Counted from the stretch's first letter, positions 48,826 through 61,594 are shown. The stretch: DNA of 64,000 nucleotides from the human T2T-CHM13v2.0 reference genome, Homo sapiens (GCF_009914755.1 NC_060947.1); one strand, 5' to 3'. The notes: generated by a model from the sequence alone, not told the origin. Made by a program: numbers and translations.

Positions 48826-51800
48826 GGGGTCTTTATTCTGAGTGCTCCCATATATACTCGTTAAATAAACTTGTATGCCTTTTCTTTTATTAATCAATCC
48901 ACCTTATGTCAGGGATTTTTAGTGAATCATTAGAGGGCCAAGAGGCTATGGTCCCCACAGTTCTGGCACATAGTAATTATCAAAGATGCTCTTCTCTTCT
49001 AGAGGCTGCAGTGAAGAGAAACCAGGAACATGACCTGCTGGTGAAAGGGTCAGAATTTCTTATCAGCCAGGCTCCTGGCCTATCTCTCTCTCTGTACTCC
49101 AGTTGAGAATATGGTAAAAATCACTGTCTCATCTGCAATGTTTTGACTAATTGGAAAAATGATTTGTTCTACAAATCTTGAGTTGTAGTAACTCTGGTGT
49201 ACTTTTGGTACTTGATGGTACAAATTCATATTGTTGACATCTTTTCCTCTTTGAAATGGCAGTCTTTTGCTCCATTTTCTTTGTCTTTCTCTGTTCTGTT
49301 GTAAATATAGGTAATATAGGGTGAAACATGGGCCTAAAACACCTATAAGCCTGTTGTTCAAGCTGACCCTGCAGATTTGTTAGTTTTTGCAATTCTGGCT
49401 ATAGCAGTTTCTCTTAAGACAAATGTTGCTGCAGGTAACTGAAAAAAAAAAAAAAAAAAAAAAAACAACTGGATAAAGTTTTCCCCCTTGTATTTTCTTA
49501 TATCCTTGAAGCTTGATTTTGTGAATAAGTGGGGGTACTCTCTTAGTCTTTGCCATCCCAATGGCATGAATTTTTGGATTCACATCAGCTGGCCAGTCCG
49601 AAAAGACTGGTAGTCTGAGACACATTAGATTTTTAAGCAGCACATTTTTTGTACTGAATGTGTCAAACTCTTAAGGAGATTTAAATCTTAAAAGGTCTTA
49701 TCATCTTTTGTTTATGTTAAGTCTATTTCTGATAGTGAACTTTGGGGATCATGAGGTTACCTCTTCTATGTATTCTCTAGGCACCTTGGCTTTAAAGAGG
49801 CTTTTGGATTGAATCTCTATTGGAATAAAGTACACCAGTGAAAATTCTAATTTTCAGTAGCCGAAAGATAAATAGGAAGGATTTTAGAGAGATCTTATTC
49901 TAAACAACTGATAGGAAAGTCAGATTTTTAAAAGAGCATATAATAATGTCATAACTAGTCTTAAGAATTCTCTTGACAAAATTAAACCAACATTTTATTG
50001 CAAGCTATAATAGCTAAGGTCCTGCCCTTGTATCTTGGTGGCCTAAGTTTGATTCCTGGGTAAGGAATGAGTTCTTTCTGGCTTGATCCATTTATTAATA
50101 TTTTTTTCTTCCATGTACAGCTTCTTATTTTCTGTGATGAATTTTTCACTTTGGAGACACCTTGTGCCTCCATGGTTAAGTCATAACCTTAGTTAAGTCT
50201 TATTGGTTTCACTTGGGAGGTTGTCTTTGGTAAGATATTCAAAAGGATTTTTGTAAAGTGCTCTATGGTGAAAAGTAAGCTTAATTGAAAGCTTATATGC
50301 ATGCTACATATATATTTGAAAGGACTTTCTGCTTTTTCTCTTTTGGAGCTCTGCTTTGGGGAATTTCTTTCAATTGAGTGAAACCTTTAAAAAAATGTGC
50401 TTGATTTCTCTGTTTGCTTCCTTTCTTAAAAATTGTTATTTCATTTACTTATCCTCCACCCTATTCCTCCTTCCTCTTTGCTATCTTCAGTATCAAGTTA
50501 AAAAAAAAGACTAGGTTTCTAATGACTTATACTCCTTAAAGAACTCAGAATAGACACCACTTATGCATTTTTGGGTTTTTTCTGTTTTCTTTGTGGAGTT
50601 TCAATAGTTATGGGTGGATTCTTTTCAGGTCTAAATCTCTGCACTCTTTTGTGTTTCATTACCTGACATTTTGGCTTTTGGGCGTACCAAAATTTACTTT
50701 ATATCATGAAGAAGTTTAACTTTGATTTGTATAGTGGTTAAGAGATGGGCTGAATACAGAATGGGACAATTGGCTTTGGGTTGGCCACCAGCCTCTTGTG
50801 AAGGTCCTTGAAGTGAAATTCAGGGTAGAAACACAGCACTGTCAACTCTCATTGTGTTTTACTTTTTTTAGGGACCCAGGATTTAGAGTAAAAATAAATC
50901 CTTGATTTCTGGGAATCTGGTCTTCCTTCCAGCTGTGCCTGCTTATTAGTCTCTAGAAGCTGCATGCTTTCTTGGCACTGTTTCTTAAAGGCTTCACTCT
51001 AAATCCAGTAATCCAATTTAAAGAAACTATCTATCTTCAAGGAAATATCAACATGTAAGAGTGTTTGCTTTTCTTGGCCATTTTAACTAAACTTTTACTC
51101 ACACAATTTTTCCTTTGAGTACAATATCACTTTTTTATCATGTTATAGCTAAGAATTGTCCTTTTAAAAATGCAAATTTAGGGTTGCCTAGCTGACAATT
51201 ATTTAAGTCAGGGAATGGGTAGTTGAGAGAATGATGTTCTAAAATGGAGAAGAAAAACTTTAAAATTCTCAAATGAAGAATCTTACACCTAACTATCAGA
51301 TCTGCTTCTATATGTCTGTCTGTATATTTATACATGATGTGTGTATGATGTTTCACTACCAAAATATATGAAAGTGCTTTAATTAATTGGCCTAGAAAAC
51401 AAGCCCCTAAATCAAATACTTTGCAAGAAAAGTTGCAATTTTATTGCCTTTTAGGTCACATGACTTTAGTAATATTTGGTAAATAAAGCTAAATTAAAAA
51501 TTATTTTAAAATAAAATTAAAACATATTTTGAATTTAGACATTTGGTCCAAATTCATCACTGTTTCTGCTAAATGTTTTAAGATATGAAACTTTGCTTCT
51601 GGTATTTGCTTGTCTGTAAATTCATATGTCTTTCAATTTGAAATTTTAGTGTATGAAAATGCCTAGACCCAGACATTATCCTCTGTCCTATTCTATGCAT
51701 ATGGTATATGATTATAATTGCTTATCTCCTAAGTTTTTCACTAAAAATAAGTTACTAAGCATTAACATTACAATTAATGTATATAATTAAAACTACTAGA

Positions 51801-53966
51801 TACATACAAAGTATATAAATATGTATTTTTTGTTAAAAATTATAAAAAGCTATGGGACAGTGGTTTCTATTAAAAGGTAAGTAATTTGGTCTAGATGTTT
51901 TTTAGGATTGTTTTAAGTTAAAAGTAAGATAGGACAAAACTTAGGTTTTAACTTAAAACAATCCTAAAAATCCCTAGACAAAACTACTTACCCTTTAATA
52001 AAAACATTTATTTATTCAATTATAAAATGTTGCTGATTCTGTTTCTCACAGTTAAGAAAGTTTTATTTTTCTTTTTAGCTATTAACAGCTTTTAACACTT
52101 GAGTAAACTATATTCCTGTGAACAAAATTTGAAGCATATTTCTTTCTCTCAACCTGATTTCTCTAGAATTTGGAAACTATTCATGAGCATTCTTAATTTA
52201 TGGCAATGTAGTCATTTGCATAAATTCAAGAAAATCTTTCTTTCCTAACTGGACACAACTGGAGACAGTGGTAATTTCACCAAGGCTTTGACTGGAATAG
52301 GATATTTTTGAGTAATTGAAATTGACTTTATAAAGCTAACAGACCTTTAAAAAAAACTGGATTCATACCTTGTCCATGCAATTACTTTACAGGTTCCTTT
52401 TCTTTCTTTTACAGATTTCTGACCTTGGATAAGTAGAGAATGTCACTTGCTGACAGGTCCAGGAACCCTAAGTTATTTGGGAAACTCAAGTGAGGAATTT
52501 TACCCAATTTATACCAATATCTGCAGTCACAGATAAGTCCTTGTCTGGGCTTGAGGTTTTAAGATGTCTAATCTGAGATTCCTTATGACAAAATATGTTG
52601 TAGCAAAGCCAATTTAAAAAGGAGCCTATATGGCAAATAATTATTCTTACTTCACTTTATGCATGTAATCAGGCCATCAATAAGACTAAACTTATTTTAC
52701 ATATAAATTGGTCCTGCTGTGAGTTTGTCTTTAATAAAATTGGAAAATTTGAGACAGAAAAAATATGTTTCAAAAGAAACTATGGTATAACTCTTATTAA
52801 ATTCTAGCCTTTTTTTCTTGTTTTTATTATTTTCTACTATTTGGACTTAATCCTGAAGTTTTTTTCTGACTACAAGTCCATAAACAAGGATTTTTAATTT
52901 TTATCATCCTCCCATTTTTCTGACTTGAAGTCACTAGAAATTAAAACTATGCTTTTCTTAAAGTCTTACAGGCTAGTTAGATAACTTAAACTTCAGGAGG
53001 AAATAACAATGACTTATAAACTTTTCTGCTTGCCTGCTGATGTATGGACTTCTCAGAAAATTCACTTGAATGCCTGGTCCAACTAAAATCCAAAAGAATC
53101 TGTCGGATTGCCACTGCAATATGAAGATGTCTCAGACACTCTAGAAAAAGTAGTTTATAAATGGACTGAATCCTCCAACATTAACCTTTGTCCTTCTTCT
53201 GTTTCTATAGAAACTCATTTCATTAGAGGTCTGATTGCTGGCATCGTATGTAGAGGCCTAGCCAATCTGTCATGCCACCTCCTGGAATTGGACATTGCTG
53301 TTTCACTAAACTGATCTACTCTCAGGAATAAGAAATCGACTAAAGAATATGTGAAATTGTATATTTAAATTGCTTTTTTCTATTTATCCCAAATTTGTCT
53401 TTCAAATACTTTATCTCTATCTGACAACCTCTAACCCAAATCTCTCCAAGGCTGTTAACTTGGATTTTAATATGTGAAACTTATTTTAACTTTCAAAGTG
53501 GGTAGGGACTGAGGGAAATTAAAATATTTTATCTCTGAAATATATTCATCTGATGCATTTGAAAATGCCACTTGGCCGTCCTAACAGAAGTGGCCTTGCA
53601 AAGCTGTCATAAGTGGGAACAATTTGCATCTGTAGAGAATTTCCATTAATGCAGCCATGCCCTCTCCCCTTTCTATGCCAGATCCAGAAGAGATTGAGAG
53701 TCTGACACCTTTAAAAGTCTAAAAATAGACATTTACCATCTATTCTTTCTAAGGGTGGCTTCATCAATATAACAAGACCACCGTTGCTTGCCAAGCCTCT
53801 TCTCCCCTGCCCATAGCCTACTTTATTAAAATCTAAGCCCCCATTCTTTCTGTAACCTCAAAATTATATAGGTTTCTCTCAATCATTGGGAAGTTGAGTC
53901 TTCATTCTGAAGGCTACCGTGTACACATGTTAAATACATTTGTATGCCCTTTTTCCTATTAAAAAA
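48826..53966 (+). mobile_element. ERV1 MER4-group element with MER34/MER39-type LTRs: R-U5, non-coding internal, U3-R, A-run
   Basis: 5' LTR piece 48826-48959 then TTCTGGCA PBS-like; purine tract then TGAGGGAAATTAAAATATTTT at 53510; R copies align gaplessly (51/67). Confidence 0.8.
51863..52005. repeat. Inverted repeat, about 60-bp arms, 22-nt loop
   Basis: Perfect inner 25 bp (51899-51923 with 51946-51970); outer arms carry a few mismatches. Confidence 0.95.
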
Positions 53967-54187
53967 GGATAACGGAAGTAAAATATTTCCTCTAAAGATA
54001 AGGTAATATCAAAGCTTCTCACATCAATTGTGCTTCTTAACTACTGATTTGGTTGCTTGTACTTTTAAGACTTTCTACCTTCATCTTCCATGAACTAGGT
54101 AAAAGAATATCCTTCTCTCTTCATAGGAGTTACACAGGAGAACAGTGTGTCAACCAATGATTACAAGAAGCTGCTACTTATAATTTT

Positions 54188-54753
54188 GAGACAGGACAGG
54201 CAAGTCCCCAAATTGGGCCTCAGCCCAGGAAGGCTCTTGGCTTCACTCAGAAAACAATGCAAGAGTGAGCTGCTGGTGGAAGAAAGCAGATTTACTGAAG
54301 CAGCAGTGTACACTAGAATGACTGCACCTCATGAAGCAGGGCTAACCCATAGGCAGTGCATCCAAAGTAGTGACATCTGAGCTGCTGGCAAGCCATATTT
54401 ATAGTTATTATGTGATTACATGCTAAATATGGGGTGGATTATTCTTGAGTTTTCCAGGAATTGGGCAGGGAATTCCCAGAACCGAGAGTTGCTTCCCCTT
54501 TTAGACCATATGGGGTAACTTCTGGACATTACCATGGCATTTATAAACAGTCATGACACTAGCATGAGTTTCTTTTAGCATGCTAATGCATTATAATTAG
54601 CATATAATGAGCAGTAAGAAGAAGAGGTTGCTTTTATTGTTGTCTTGATTCTGGCTGGTTTTGGCCAGCATCTTTACTGCATTTTATTTTATCAGTGGGG
54701 TTTTTGTGACCTGTGTCTTGAGAAACAAGTCATGCCAAATTTCTGTCTTATCA
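54188..54753 (-). mobile_element. MER41/MER66-group ERV1 3' LTR
   Basis: GGGGTGGATTATTC, CCCCTTTTAGACCATATGGGGTAACTTC, GCATGCTAATGCATTATAATTAGC; purine tract GAGGAGG on the minus strand adjoins. Confidence 0.8.
54452..54481. promoter_or_regulatory. Tandem GAS (STAT) motifs in MER41-like LTR
   Basis: TTCCAGGAA at 54452-54460 and TTCCCAGAA at 54473-54481, both TTCN3GAA. Confidence 0.6.
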
Positions 54754-56713
54754 CCTCCTCTGACATTATATATTCCTCCATGATCTTAAGGGATTGTAGA
54801 AACATGGAGGTCTAGCTTCTGTAGCTGCTTTTTGCTGATTTTATGGATGTTGGCTCTGGTGAGTATTGGAGGAGTAAAAATCTCTGGGTACCTGATCTAA
54901 GGGGCTCAAAGGCAGGATGTTTTCATTTTCTGGGTCAGAAAGCAAGATGGTTGGAAGCCTTCTACTAGCATTATATTGACATGGAACTTTGCATTCTAGG
55001 AGACACAAAATTTACAAGGAGTTTAAATAAGCAGAGGCCTCAAATTAGTAGTAACCGGATAGCTGTTAAAGATCTTAGGAAGGTAAAAAAAAAAAAAAAA
55101 AAAAACAGGTGAGACTTTGGAGGGCACTTTTGATAGTCAGATATAGTTGGGGTCAGAACCCTGGCTACATCTGTGGAACCAGGTAGCTTGTTGAATTATT
55201 TTTTGAATGTTAATCTCAACTTTTCCAGAGTTTTAATATATGTGTAGCGTATCTTATTAATAACTACATAAACTCTACCTTGAATAGCCAGCAAATAATC
55301 TAATGCTAGTCTGTTGTCAAGGACTATATTTGCCAAAGTGTCTAGGGACTCTTGAATTCCATTTAGTCCCTGTCCTGTGTTAGTGGTCAATGATTCTAGG
55401 GCTTAAGTCAAATTCCTTGGGGTTGACTAGTGGCAGGCAAAGCCACCCAAAGGGACCATTAGTCCTATTATTGCTTTGATTTCTACCAGAATTAATCCTA
55501 TTGCTCATTGATTTCTGGTATTTTCAGTTATTATGGGGTTGTAGACAGTGACCCCCAGAGGAGCAATGGTGGCCAATGTACATTCACTCCTGCTCCATGT
55601 TTTTGATATAAAAAGGAAAGCTACTCCTAAAAGAATAGAGGGCTACCCAAGGAGTCAGGAGTGGTCACTGGGTGGAACTTCTTCCTACTCATGGCTATAG
55701 ACAAAAATGAGTCCATTTGAGGCACAAATGGAGGCTCCTTGGGGTATGATGTGTATTCTCTACTGCCATCTGGGACTTATAGAGATATTTTTTTCCAAAC
55801 TCCAATGAGGGTGATTGAACAGCCCTTATTTTCCAGAAGGATACAGTCATTCCACCTTCCCAGATCAGGCAGTTGTTTCTCCCTTGCATGTATTCCTTTG
55901 GAGGAGGCACTATGTAAGGTTTCCTTGCTGACAAGTGGGATCCCATTTACCTCACCACAGCTTTGGGAACATGGCCACTAGGTTTGCATCAGAGCATCTC
56001 AAGGAAACTTCCATTTCTGCATCATTAACAAAACAATGGGTGCAAATAATAGTGTCATGAATGCAATGGAGGTACAAGTTCCCAACCTCCCATGTCCAGA
56101 TAACACTGGCAGGGGAAGTTAGGTAGAATCGATTAAGTGGGGAAGATTTCCACATAATAAGTAGGGGTCTGGGTACTTTGGGATTGCTATGGTTAACTAG
56201 GAGGTTTGGGAACATGACCATGAGATTCTCTGAATGTGCCAGAAGATGAAACTATCCATCCTGGGGATGTTGATGACAGATCCAGACTGCAGAGCTTTGT
56301 TCCTAGCCATACAGGATTAGGTTAATTGAGAGAGCAAACATAATTAACAGAGGCAGCATGGTGTCTGTATTGGCCTTAGAGTGACCTTTATACCCAACAA
56401 GGAGAAAGTAAATGTTTCCTAGGAGGAGGTGGTTAGCTAAAGCAACAGAAAACACATATCATAATCAGTAAGAAAAGAAAAATAATGTTCTTATGCCCAC
56501 CTGCAGTATCAAGTTACCTCTTTTTGCTGACTGTTGATTCTTTTAAATAGGTAGTGAGGGCTTTCAGAGGTTTACAGGTATAGCTTATGGTCTCCTCCTC
56601 TGACACCTGCAGGGACTCATAAGAAACAGGTTTAATCCCAGACAAGTGTATTCAGCTGTTGATATCCTGACGTTTAACAGTGGTGGGGATACTAAAAAAC
56701 ATCTGATGGGGGC
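54754..56713 (-). pseudogene. ERV1 integrase C-terminus and env remnant, ERV-V/MER66-like
   Basis: TM peptide LDTLANIVLDNRLALDYLLAIQG (immunosuppressive domain); upstream RNQ*AIGLIL..GLMVPLGGF; IN tail PHQMFFSIPTTVK..IHLSGIK. Confidence 0.85.
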
Positions 56714-59120
56714 TGATATGGTGTGGATTTGAGTCCCCACTCAAATCAAATGTTGAATTATTATCCCTAATGTTGGAGGTAAGGCCAGATAAGAGGTGAT
56801 TGGATCATGAGGGTGGTCCTTCATGAATGGTTTGGCACCATCTCCTTGGTGCTGTTCTCATGATAGTGAATGAGTTATTCTGAGATCCAGTTATTTGTCT
56901 CTAGCACATCCCCTCCTCTCTTCCTCCTGCTCCAGCCATGTGAAGTGACTTGCTCCCCCTTTGCTTTATTCCATGATTAGAAGTTTTCTGAGGCCTCCCC
57001 AGAAGCAGGAGCCACAATGCTTCTTGTACAGCCTGCAGAATCAAGAGCCAATTAAGCCTCTTTATAAATTATCCAGTCTCAGGCATCTTTTTATAGCAAT
57101 GCTAGAATGGACTAATGCAGAAAATTGGTACCAACGACTGGGACATTGCTATAAAGATACCTGATGATTTGGAAGCAGTTTTGGAACTTGATGATGTACA
57201 GGGGTTGGAAGAGTTTGGAGGGCTCAGAAGAAGACAGGAAGAAGAGGGGAAATTTGGAACTTCCTAGAGACTTGTTGAAGGGTTGTGACCAAAATGCTGA
57301 TAGTGATATGGTTGGAGACGTCCAGGCTGATGAGGTCTCAGAAGGAGATGAGTAACTTATTGGGAGCTAGACCAATGGTCATATTTGTTACACCTTGGCA
57401 AAGAGCTTGGTTAGATTATGCTCCTCCCCTAGGGATCTGTGGTACTTACAACCTGAGAGATTATTTAGGTAGAGTATCTGCTGGAAGGAATTTCGAAGCA
57501 GCAAAGAAATAATCTGAAGTCAGAACTTATATTTAAAAGGGAAGTAGAGTGTAAAATTTTGGAAAATTTGCAGCCTGGCTCTGTGGTAGAAAAGAAAAGC
57601 CCATTGTCCGGGGAGGATTTTAAGCAGGCTGCAGAAATTTGCGTAAGTAAGAAGGAGTCAAGTGCTGATAACCAAGACTATGTGACAAAGGCCTCAAAGG
57701 TATTTCATAGAACTTTGTGGCAGCCCCTCCCATCACACATCCAGAGGCCTAGGAGAGAAGAATAGTTTCATGGGCCAGGCTCAGGGACCCACTGCCCTGC
57801 ACAGCCTTGGGCACTACTCCCTGCATCCCAGCCTTTCTAGTTCTACCCATGGCTCAAAGGGGCCTAGGTACAGCTTGGACCACTGCTTCAGAGGATACAA
57901 GTCATAAGCCTTGGAAGCTTCCAAGTGGTGTTAAGCTTGCGGGTGCTCCCACAGCAGAACGCAAGAGTTGAAGCTTGGGAGCATCTACCTAGATTTCAGA
58001 GGATGTATGGAAAAGTCTGATGTCTAGGCAGAAGCCTGTTGCAGGGGTGGAGCCTTCAAGGAGAACATCTACTAGAGCAATGTAGAGGGGCAATGTGGGG
58101 TTGGAACCCCCACACAGAGTCCCAACTCTGGCACTTCCTAATGGACCTGTGAGAAGAGGGCCACCGTCCTCCAAACTTCAGATTGACAGATCCACCAGAA
58201 ACTTGCACCTTGTGCTTGGAAAAGACATGAGCACTCAATGCCAACCCATGAGAACAGCCACAGAGGTTGAACCCTATAAAGCCACAGAAATTGAGCTTCC
58301 CAAGGTCTTGGGAGCCCACTTGTTGCATCAGTGTGCCCTGGATGTGGGACACAGATTCGAAGGAGATTAATTTGGAGCTTTAAGATTTAATGGCTGCCCT
58401 GCTGGGTTTCAGACTTTTATGAGACCTGTAGCACCTTTCTTTTGGCTGATTTATCCCTTTTAGAATAAGAGTCTTTACCCAATGCTTATACTCCCATTGT
58501 ATCCTGGAAGTAACTATCTTGCTTTTGATTTTATAGGCTCATAGTTGAAAGGGACTAGCCTTGTCTCAGCTGAGACTTTGGAATTTGGACTTTTAAGTTA
58601 ATGCTCAAATGAGTTAAGACTTTGGTGGACTGTTTGGAAAGCATGATTATATTTTGCAAAGTGAGAAGGATATGAGATTTGGGAGGGGTAAGTGGTGGTA
58701 AGACACACTTTGGATTTGTGTCCCTACCCAAATCTCATATTCAATTGTAGTCACCAATGTTGGAGGTGGGGCCTACTGGGAGGTGACTAGATCATGCGGG
58801 TGGTCCTTCATGAATGGTTAGCAGCATCTCATTGATGCTGTACTCATGATAGTGAGTGAGTTATTGTGAGATATAGTTGTTTAAAATTGTGTAACACCAC
58901 TCCCTCCCACTTCCTCCTGCTCTGGCCATGTGAAGTAACTTGCTCCCCCTTTGCCTTCTGCCATGATAGGAAGTTTCCTGTGGCCTTCCCCAGAAGCAGA
59001 AGACACAATGCTTCCTATACAGCAGAAAGAACCATGAGCCAATCAAATCTCTATTTTTTTTTTAATAAATTACCCGGTCTCAGGGATTTCTTTATAGTAG
59101 AGTGAGAATGGACTAATACA
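56714..59120 (+). mobile_element. Two-LTR MST(A)-type MaLR (LTR 56714-57119, internal, LTR about 58700-59120)
   Basis: Both LTRs share GTGGTCCTTCATGAATGG and GTGAAGT.ACTTGCTCCCCCTTTGC; internal begins GAAAATTGGTACCA. Confidence 0.9.
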
Positions 59121-59602
59121 CTGAGAGGTGCCAGGCCATGTGTTTTGTCTCAATGCAATCTATTTCAGTGATCACACCTCTTTCCACAATAATGTGGCTG
59201 GCAATTCTTTATGCTGGGGTTTGAGGAAAGTTTGCTGTCATTTTTACCTGACAAATGAGTAGTGAGAGGACCCATTCATTGAAAATAAATATTCATTCAT
59301 TTTATAAATTTTCATAGGACTAGTAGACACTTTGAATGGGAAGAGATTTTAGCTAGAAAATGCTGCTATCTCAGAAGTGTAAATTCTCATCCAAATTTAG
59401 TCTAATGATTTTTATTATAGAATTGGAGTTTTTTTTTGTGTTTTACTTATTACATTTTAGTACAATCTTGAATAAATACTTCAATGTTCCCAAAACTTGG
59501 TAAGTCTACCACTGTTGGTAAGACAGATGATTTTTAGAAGATACCTGAGCAACGTTTTGTTTGTTAAACAATTAAGCATTTAATGTGTATTAGAAAAAAA
59601 AA

Positions 59603-59905
59603 GGCTGGGTACAGTGATTTGTGTTGGTAATCCCAGAACTTTGGGAGGCTGAGGCAGGAGGATCACTTGTGCTCAGGAGTTACATACCAATATGGGATAA
59701 ATAGAAAGACCTCATCTCCACAGAAAGAAAAAGTCAGCCAGATGTTGTGGTGTGCACCTATAGTCCCAGCTACTTGTGAGGCTGTTGTGAGAGGATTGCT
59801 TGGGTTCAGGAAATCAAGGCTGCTTTGAGTCATGATTATACCACTGCAACTGAGCCTGGATGACAGAGTGAGATCCCATCTCAAAAAAAAAAAAAAAAAA
59901 AAAAA
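59603..59905 (+). mobile_element. AluJ
   Basis: GGAGGATCACTTG.GCTCAGGAGTT, GAGGATTGCTTG, A tail. Confidence 0.88.
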
Positions 59906-60219
59906 GCAAAAGTATCACTCACACCTCAAATGTGTTTTCATGGTTATTGTTACTTATTATTACATAAATGCATTAATAAAATATTTAAAAGTTTGGTCAA
60001 GTTAAAGAAAATATAAAGTTAAAAATAATGGATTTTTATTAAAATGATTTTCAACATTATTAACAGGGTCTTATATTTTTGTATAATTTTGTCTATATGA
60101 ATAGATTTACTATCAGTACAAGCACCAAAATAATACTAAATCTACTTGATCACAGGAATAAATAAAATGTCTAAATTGGAGTTACTTTTGAAATAGTTAA
60201 TGGCGGGTACTCTTGAGCC

Positions 60220-60380
60220 CTGCTACACAAACTGTGGTCAGTGACCAGTAGTATGCCATTATCTGGAAACTTATTAGAGACTCAGAATTGCAGGCCCCAT
60301 TCCAGACCTATTGAATCACACGTTGAATTTTAACATGACACCGGGTGATTTTATGCACATTAATCTTTAAGAAGCACTTC
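60220..60380. mobile_element. MER5A1/B-like
   Basis: TGCTACACAAACTGTGGTC..CAGGCCCCATTCCAGACCTATTGAATCA..GAAGCACT. Confidence 0.7.
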
Positions 60381-60384
60381 TCTA

Positions 60385-60930
60385 GAGTGGAAGTTCTCAA
60401 AGTTTGGACCAGGTACACTGGGTATTCCTGGTACTTCTACGTACTCTGCAAGGTCAAACCTAATTTCATAGTAATATTAAGATAATTGTTTTTTTCATTG
60501 TGGTGACATTTGCAGATGACCTCAAGACAAACCTAGGCAGTGACATTAAATTGTCCTAGTAGTCATATTTTCCACCTCTAAACAGTCTCAGAAAAATTAA
60601 AAGGCAGATTCATTTAAGAATATTCTTGATGAACAACAAAAAATGTCAATTTTCTTCCACCCCAATTTTTAAAAATATGTATTTAGTATCCTATGTAATG
60701 AAACGGCAAGTACACACAAAGCATTGCTACTGCCTAAGGAAGTACCACGCCCAACTCAAGGAAGAGGACTTGTGAAACTCAACTGAAAGTGGAGATAGCC
60801 ACCTTTTTGTTTTGAATATCATTTCTGCTCGATATAACAACTAAAAAATTATTCAGCTATGGATACTTTCAGACTTTTTTCTTTAAAATTAAATAGTGAT
60901 TGTGATTTGAAGAAAAACAACTTGACTGTA
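60385..60930 (+). mobile_element. Charlie1-like hAT fragment
   Basis: GTTCTCAAAGTTTGGACC..AGGTCAAACCTAATTTCATAGTAATATTAAGA..TGACATTTGCA. Confidence 0.7.
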
Positions 60931-60934
60931 CAGT

Positions 60935-61520
60935 TGGTCCCTGACTTACAGGTTTATAGCTGGAAGAAACATACTTTCAGTTTCAGATGAGACTTTGGAT
61001 TTTGGACTTTTCAGTTGATGTTAAAACAAGACTTTTGGGGACTATTGAAAATGGATGATTGTATTTTGCTATATGAGAAGATCATGATATTTGGGGACCC
61101 AGGGATGGAATGCTATAGTTAGTGTGTTTGTCCCCTGCAAACATCATGTTGAAATTAGACACCTGATGTTAAAGATGGGATTTATTGGGGGGAGGTTGGG
61201 TCAAGGGAACGGATCCCTCATGAATAAATAATGCCTTCCCCAGGTGGGGGTGAGTTCTCACTCTGTTATCTCCGATGAGGTCTGGTTATTAAAAGGAGGC
61301 TGGAACCTACTCTCTCTTTTATATTCTCTCTAGCCACGTGATCTCTGCATATGCCTGCTTCCTTTCATCTTCCACCATAAGTGGAAACAGCCTGAGGCTT
61401 TCAACATATGTCCAGTCTTCCAGCCAGCAGAATCATGAGAGAAATAAACCACTTTTCTTTATAAACTATCCAGCTATACTACAGGTGTTTCTCCATACAA
61501 AGACTAACTGGACTAAGAGA
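60935..61520 (+). mobile_element. MSTB1/B2-like internal 3' end plus LTR (LTR 61111-61520)
   Basis: CAGATGAGACTTTGGA..purine tract..TGCTATAGTT...GGACTAAGA. Confidence 0.75.
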
Positions 61521-61594
61521 GGCATTTTTACTTAATAAATTCTCTAAATATGTAACTATAGTACACAAGTTAATTTTTAAATTGGATTAAACTT

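Noticed and set aside
55196-56221. Domesticated env (syncytin-like gene)
   Set aside because: Multiple in-frame stops, broken furin site, CX6CC lost
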